Positions 51,201-64,000 of a stretch of DNA of 64,000 bases are shown here, one piece after another. The stretch is taken from positions 1 to 64,000 of the forward strand of contig DF236963.1 of the NCBI GenBank assembly GCA_000708835.1, given 5' to 3'. Source of the stretch: Klebsormidium nitens (lineage: Eukaryota > Plantae > Klebsormidiophyceae). Made by a program: the position numbers and the translations under genes. The stretch's first letter is position 1, and each line of letters starts with the position of its first letter. The notes beneath the pieces were generated by a model. The model ran no database searches and had not been told where the DNA came from. It was given only the letters and a program-made list of their open reading frames with translations.

Positions 51201-51725
51201 AGATAAAGGTACTCGCAAGTTGATCTCAAAGTGGTGGTGAAGCTTCTCGCATTTTACCACCCCCACCGCAGCGTCTAGTGAACCTTTTGATGAGAGTTCT
51301 CAAAATTCTCACAAAGTGCCGTAATAGGATCTTAAGATCAATCGAGTCCATACATCCCTGTATGAAGACACGTGGCTTGCATTGTCTGGGAGCGCTCGTT
51401 ACATTGCTCTTTTTACTGACAGTCTAGATGATCCGCGCCAATTCAGAAACTCTCCTAGATTAGGCAGAGCGCGGGCATCACTACCTGAAACCAGGTCACA
51501 TCCAAACCTTCACCATAGACATTACGGATACCTGACCGCACTACGAAACATTCCGATCGTACTTTCATAGTACTTGAAAGACAGCTCACCCGCAAAAGAA
51601 TTGTAGAATAAGGATGGTCTACCGGCTGCAGGTGCGATAAGGTTGCTTCCCAAGCCTGCCCTGGTGAGGGAGGGCACTGTCGAGCATCTCTGCAGCAGGA
51701 GAGCTACTCGTTGAATCCACGCCAT
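45221..51725 (-). CDS. Mitochondrial PPR-like protein resembling plant mitoribosomal mS83/rPPR10 (Arabidopsis At4g15640/At3g21465 family)
   Basis: Ten exons assembled in phase, starting with an Arg/Ser/Ala-rich presequence. CARAGVLEKGLVTVQHRNSYGLRPSLDAAHVLI, LNPKSTTADLVMR, FVMAKGYVLL and GVRFEVDV match my recollection of this family. The assignment is from memory, not a search. Confidence 0.7.
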
Positions 51726-52648
51726 GCTCAACTGTTCAGGTTTCTCTGATCATGAAGATGACCCTCACTGTCAGGCTCCTGGCAAATTGAACGAGGCCAA
51801 ATGCTCGGCCTGGCACATGATCTTTCGAGAGTTGCTTTGATAAATTAAGATCTACCTGACATATTACACACGGCGAGACTCATAAGCGATTGCTATAGCT
51901 CATGCACGTCGTAGGGATAAACACGTCAGCCTAGCTAGGCACGTCTTGCGTAGGTATATACGCCGGCCGATTTTCATAAGGTGCTGGAATACGGCGGCGT
52001 CAGGATGGATTTTCTGCGCCCTTCGGAATTACCAAGTTTCCTGTGCTGATGAGCTAGCTGCACATGACGAGCTTGCATATTACCACCTTCCATTCAGAGG
52101 GCGCAGACGCCCAGCCAAAATATGTAGCGCCCAGTAGCGAGCAGACCGTATGGGCTCCACCGCGGGCGCGTCCACCAAAGTTTGCAGACGTCTTATATGA
52201 CTTGTTGGCCACCATTTCCACCCACTTTCGGGTTAACGCACCCGGTGGAGCCATCAGTGTCAAGGCTGAAGTGGCCCTATGTCTGACTTCCCCAGCTAAA
52301 ATGCAAATCTTGGGCATTCAAATGGACCGGGCAAATGACACCCAACGATGGCGGAAACTTGTAGAGAACGTTTTGGGACCTAGCCAAGTCGTTTTGACCT
52401 TGTGGGCAGTTTGGATATGATAATTCCGCCCGCTTACAATTCTGCTCGCGCCGACATTTTGGCTGGCGTCTGCGCCCTCTGCTTCCATTGCCAAGTTCCA
52501 TGGGAGCAAAACCTTCGCTCCCTCAATCAAGAACAGGACGGCCCCAGCTTCGTCTGAGTTAGCCAAGACAATTGTGCAGGGATTGGATTGGAGAGCAGGG
52601 TGCGTTGTCAACAAGCCTTTTGCAGTGTTACATATTTGAATAGTCGGC

Positions 52649-58386
<5,738 letters not shown>

Positions 58387-59706
58387 TCGCCCTGCTTGAT
58401 TACCTACGTGTTTTCTTTCCTGTCCTTGCCAGAGGTTGTAAATTGCTCGTCTCTACATGAAGAGGATTACAAGGATCTTGTGATGGACGTTTGAATTGGC
58501 TTCGCATCGAATGGCAGTTCAGCAGCTTTGCATTGAACACCTATTTGGGTAGGTGTGCAATACTGAAGTTACACTGTGGATTGGTTAGCTTCTCTACCTA
58601 ATGTGGGAAGTCAATGATTGGTCGCCCGGCATCGCATTTGGACTCCGACATTTCGTGAAAATATGATGGATTGCATGGTCATTGTTACGCGAGTCGATCG
58701 AAAGATCGTTACAGCCATTGCACGCGTTCAAGTCTCTCACATGCTGACTTACAGTGCAATGAAGAGCTCGCTTACTTTGAAAAAAGTTATAACTAAGTCA
58801 TGCTGATTGCATCTCATGGGGCACCCGTTCGCTCGAGGATGTGAAGTAATGTCTGGTGCTTTGGAGCTCAATGGGTGAGCTGGCTTCGTGTGCTGTTCAA
58901 TTCGTGCACTCTCATGCGGCGTTTTGCCCTACTAGGACTAAAGGTCGTGCTGCTTCAGCCTGAGGTTCAGGAATCAGCGCGTTGTGCCGATGGCGTGTCC
59001 ATTGACGCAGTGCGCAGAGCGAACGTACCGCGGGGTGGACGATGATGCATTTGCTGGCGAGCGACAAGACAAAATCCCGAGTGCATTTGCTTTGGGCTTC
59101 AATAGAACGCCACGTGGCACAGATCAAGCACGGACTTTGCATGCTTGGTTGCGATTGGTCTACTTTTAGATTCTCCTGTGTTTCTGTCGGTTTCTGTCAG
59201 AGCTCAGAGGTGAGGTTCGACCACTAGTACCGGTATGCCGGGGCGCACGCTGCGCTGAGAGTGGTACAAAAAGAGCTGCTTAGACAACCACGTAACAGAA
59301 GGCAGCCAGCTGTAACGCTGGAGCAATCATGCACCCATCGTCATTGGGTGCATCGCTAGCTGTTTCTCCTGTAGGGGGTGACGATTTGCCAGCTGCATGC
59401 CAGGGAATTTGTACCGCAATCTCTCTGCATTGGCACAGCAACTCAAAAGCCCTTGGTTAAAGTGCCCAGCTTGATGTGGCACTGGTACCACCAAGCTCTG
59501 GGGCGAACAGCCTGTTTTGCTCCTGGTTCTTCATCCCTTCGACCTGGTTGCTACTCTCTTCGGTTAAGCGGCTTCCGCAGCTTCGATCCACTTTGCTCGC
59601 GAACTGGCCGAGGAGGTTGGTTGGGTTTACCCGCTTTTGGAGGTCCCTCCCTTTCAAAAACTGATCCCATCTCTGAGAAGAGAATATCCTTAAACTTCTA
59701 ACCCCG

Positions 59707-62700
59707 ATGGCGCCCCTCAAGGCCTCCGAAACGGTGGCTCCCGCCGCCCCAGTCACTTATGAGCGCCCCGTTCCCACCGACCTAGACTCCAAGATGGACT
59801 CGCCCAGCGTCCCCCGGGCGCAGCTGGCGGCCACTCCCGAGTACCCCCAGGGCAGCGCAGACTTCAAGGATCCTAAGGGGATGAGCGTGCTTCAGCAACA
59901 TGTGGAGTTTTTTGACAGGTGGGCAAGCATCTGATGCCCGGAAGCGACTGGTACTTAAGAGGACCATCTGGTCTGATGATGGAAACATAGGATCATGGCA
60001 AGCTGCTGAAGATGCATGACTGGAACTTTTCTTTAGCTATAAAAGTGGGGATGCTTGGAAGAGCAAGGGTTTCTGGGCTGGTGATGACTCGGTCGATTGT
60101 CAGCTGCTTGGGTTGTCTTTGATGCTAGGAGTCAAAGACAACCCAAGAAGCTACCGCACAAACCGGTGATTGGGTTTGTGCGGTAGCTTCTCTGAAAAGC
60201 TGGAAGTTTTGCCGCAAATATAAACCCTTTTCAGTCTAGCGCTTGGGCTCAGTGCTTCAGCCCCTTCTTAGGCACAGCTGATGAATTGGTGGTGGAGCAT
60301 GTCATGCACAATTTTGAAAGTAGAACTAATTCACTGATCAGTGTCGTCCCAATTATGCCAAATGATCTGATGACAAGACTTCCTGAACACCATGCTGGAA
60401 CAGCCCATCTAGATTTTCTTTTGACTGTGAATAACTGACCCATGAAAACCAAATCAGATCCAGAAGGAATAATGGGGCATAATGGTCCTGTAGGTTTTCA
60501 GTAGCTCATAAGAGCCTGATTGATCCAGCTGCTATTTTTTCCTTCCCTCCTGGTTCTTGTTCTATCTAATCTCCTTAGAAATCCTAGATGAATCTGTGCA
60601 TATGCTGTGTCCACCAATCAATGACGGCTTCAAGAGCTGTCCTGTGCTCCATCCAGCTTCTTTCTTCGTCAAGCAATATTAGCGAAGTATAGCAAAATCT
60701 GATCAGTCGCTGCAACACGTGGACGGTCACAGCAGTGACTAAGCATGCCATTAAAAGAAGTCAGAAAAGATATTGCTGAACTTTGAAGTGAATGAGAACC
60801 TTTTGCTGATACTTACACCCAAAACTCAGGCAGGCGGCCAGCAAAGTAATAAAGCTCCCTCTGGGCCATACCGAAAGAACTCATAGTTGCTTGCTTACCC
60901 CCGTGCAGGAGGAAGACTGGCATCATCATGCCCTGGGACACATATGAAGGTGAGATGTCTTTTGGTCTTCGGAAAGGCACCTAAATGAGTTTGGGCTTTC
61001 TGACCTACAGATGTCCGCCGATGATTGAAATGTCATGATTGGGGTACAGGCATTCTGCCAGGGAAGGGATTGCGGAGTGCCAATTATTCTTCTGGGACCT
61101 GTTAGAATCTATCTGTATCTGTATAGTGCTATGTGCATCAGATGTGAGACTGCTTGTGGATCGCTTCCCTGTCCAACGTTTCGCTTGCCGGCTTCTTGTT
61201 GCTGATTCATCCCCTGATTCATCCTTACAAACCTGCAGTGGTCAATTGTCCGCTTCATCAGAGCACACTGTAAGATCAAACCTGCTGTTAGTTATGGCGT
61301 CGACTAGCTTTCGACCTTTAGTCATTTAGGTCCCTCTTGTTGGCGTTTATTCTTTCATACTACAAGTTTGGGTCAGAATAAGGTTCAAAACCCGAATTTC
61401 CTCTCCGTACCTACTCTCACGACTCCGCTTAACATCAACACGGTTGCTGCTTAGTGTTTGCTCACCGGACGATTTGTGATTTGACGAACGAAAGAATTGA
61501 CTTCCACACTGTTCTCCAGGTTTCCGCGCGCTCGGTTGGAACATTTTCTTCTCGGTCATCTTTACATTCATCCTCAACTCGTCCCTCAGCTACTCCACCC
61601 AGGACGTAAGTGCCGTTGCATTTGCCGCAATTTGAGCCGCCTGAGGTGTTGCAGTTGCCAGCGGAATGCTTTGAGGTGGTTCAAAGTGCGGTCTTTTGAT
61701 TGCTTCTGTCTCTTCCATTCCGCAAATGCTCTTTTCGTGATCACAGAAACATGTCTGTTCGACTGTCTCTCATGCATCAAAAGAGCATTTGCAGGTTTCA
61801 TACACATATTTGAGGTCAAAAACTCCCGTTGCTCAAAGCTTGACGTTGATTGCGACTCATTGTTTCGGCCACCTTCGGATTGCCACGTGTCTGTCGATAT
61901 GCATCGAACTTGGAAAGTGGAGTTGTGCTCCCTCATTCTCAACGGTCTGATCGGCGCATTCTGTACAAAATGGCCCGGTTCAGAGAAAGCAGCTCGCACA
62001 GCCACGTATGCCCAGTTAGCTTTACCAAGCACATGATACAATCTGGTTCATCGATTTTGCTGATCATCGCAGGGCTGGCTTCCGGACCCGCTGCTGAGCA
62101 TCAAGGTCCGCAACATTCACAGCGCCAAGCACGGCAGCGACACCCACGTGTACGACTACGAGGGCCGGTGAGGCTCTTGCAATATCGGAACTTGCGACAG
62201 TAGATTGCTTACTCACTGGCGTGCCCCACCTTGTTGAAAGAAAAAATCTCTACTTTCTTTTACTTCCTCTCAAAAGTAGACTGCTCACCAACTGGTCCGT
62301 CTGCGTTTTGTCGAAGTGCAAGAAGGCCGCGGTATGCGAGGTCTGACCTGACTTCCTTATGAGAAGAACCTGAGGTCCAAAACGGACACGATTTGGCACG
62401 GAAGCGACACTTGAGAGTTGACACTTAAGAGTGCACGCCTACGAAGGATGATGAAGCTTCTTGATGCCGAGGCCCCAAAACTACCAGCTTAGGAACTCGT
62501 TTAGATAGAAGGTTGTGGTATGCGAGGGTCTTAAACATGCCTCTCGCCTATCGTTGTGGCGAGACATTAAAGATTCATACTAAAGAGCACCTTTATTTAT
62601 TCAAGGTCTTATAATCACGATACGGTATAGTGCTGGTCGTGATATGGGGTAGCACCCCTGATTTATTCAGGGTCTTAAATTTACGAAACGGTGTAGTGCG

Positions 62701-63889
62701 CAGAACCCACTTCCCGCTCTTCCCCGTTCAGACGCAGTCGTTAGCCCCTCGTATCCGTTCAGAATAGCTCCAAAATGAGACCGTTCCTTTTGACGTGCAA
62801 ATACTTCGCGCGTTTGCTTGAGTCACGGGACGCTTTCCTTTCTTAAACGTCACTCCGTTTTCGTTGGTGATAGTAACCCAACCCTCCGTTGGCCCCGCAG
62901 ACTTATCTTTGAGTAGGGACCTCGATCCTATTTTTGATTTGAAACACCACTCCTCTGCATCACAACCCGTCGCATCCTCTTCTCCAGACTGACAGATCTC
63001 CTATCATGAGAATTAACGTGTGAAACTCAAGGAATTTGCTTTCCCGTCACAACCCGTCGCATCTCCTCTTCCGCCAGGTTCTGCCCCGAAAAGTTTGAGG
63101 CGCTTTTCACCCAGTTCGACCACGGCAACAAGGGCGGCCTCACCTTCGAGGAGCTGCTCGAGATGACCGAGAAGCACCGGATGCCGTACGACTTCTTCGG
63201 TTGGTGAGACGGCATTCGTTCTGCCACTTTTTCGAGCTTTCTTGATTAACACCGCAAAACACTCTCTTGAAGACTTTTCGATGGAAGGAGTACGCGACTC
63301 GTTGCTTCGCTAAGAAAGTTTGCGGCATCTGAAACTCTCGATGGTTTCTTTGCTCGATCAATCAAATCTGCACACACTTCGAACCGAATTCTTACTATCC
63401 CTTGTCCTGTCCTACTTTCGTGTGGCGGATGCAGATGCTAGCAGATGCCCATCGAGACAATGATTGTTTGTCTGATTTTTGTGGTCAGGAGCGGACAGTT
63501 CGACTTTGAAGGGTTTTGAAGTTCTTGATTGGATTGCTCTCCTCGCAGTCGTCCTTACGACGATTGTCAGCCAGTCCTGAATTACGTTTTGGTCCCACTG
63601 CATTACGCGTACTCTAAAGGAATGACGTTACTGCTGCCATTTCTTTTCCTAATCAAAAGCGGCGCATGGATTCATTCTGGGCCCTTCTATCTCCCCCGAA
63701 GTACAAATCCGCTTATACGCCTCTTTCTCGATCCGCAGGATGGCCGAGAAACTAGAGTGGGGCCTAACTTGGTGGCTGCTAAAGGACGAGAACGGTCTGG
63801 TGTCCAAGGAGTCGATTCGCGGCTCGTACGACGGGTCCATCTACTACCGCGTCGAAGCCGCGCGTAAGGCAATGAAGAAAGAGGAATAG
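59707..63889 (+). CDS. CLO/PXG: Caleosin/peroxygenase
   Basis: Exons 59707-59918, 60909-60949, 61520-61605, 62073-62167, 63078-63203 and 63739-63889. Motifs: SVLQQHVEFFD, GIIMPWDTYEGFRALG, hydrophobic segment, NIHSAKHGSD, EGRFCPEKFE, FFGW..KLEW, IRGSYDGSIY. Confidence 0.95.
60107..60191. repeat. Two abutting perfect hairpins (16-bp and 19-bp stems) in caleosin intron 1
   Basis: cttgggttgtctttga (60107-60122) pairs with tcaaagacaacccaag (60132-60147). agaagctaccgcacaaacc (60146-60164) pairs with ggtttgtgcggtagcttct (60173-60191). Confidence 0.95.
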
Positions 63890-64000
63890 GGTTACGGGGG
63901 TGAAAAAGGGGTTTGGGGTGAGAATGGGTTACGGGGTTATGGGGGGTTACAAGGTCTGGCAGAGGAGGAGATAAAAAGCGGAACTTGGAGGGTTTGCGAT

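Noticed and set aside
45221-51725. Adenylyl cyclase label
   Set aside because: I recall that name being attached to the plant homologues, but no cyclase motifs are present and the repeats are PPR-like.
52064-52420. 118-aa ORF between the mS83-like gene and eIF4A-III
   Set aside because: No motif recognised; it lies in the presumed promoter/5' UTR region.

Overview
Eukaryotic, intron-rich genomic DNA with GC-rich exons and GT-AG introns. The gene set (plant-type RAR1, fasciclin-like AGP, caleosin, plant mitoribosomal PPR protein, plant-type CLPX) points to a streptophyte alga such as Klebsormidium (inference). Ten multi-exon genes could be assembled by hand: a TKL-like kinase-RING gene with an apparent frameshift (-), a GPI-anchored FAS1/FLA protein (+), a zf-MYND protein (-), a conserved unknown 'WYFT' protein (-), CLPX (-), PP2A B'/B56 (+), RAR1 (-), an mS83/rPPR10-like protein (-), eIF4A-III (+) and caleosin/peroxygenase (+). 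The most striking unexplained structure is a set of 'exon echoes'. In six unrelated genes, introns carry degenerate tandem copies (about 95-155 bp units, up to 6 copies) of the adjacent exon end together with its splice site, and many copies keep the AG or GT. The window also holds a small MITE-like inverted-repeat family, several perfect 16-19 bp hairpins and a GTAC-dense repeat. No rRNA, tRNA, CRISPR array or autonomous transposon was recognised. All exon coordinates were derived by eye, and family assignments come from remembered motifs, not database searches.
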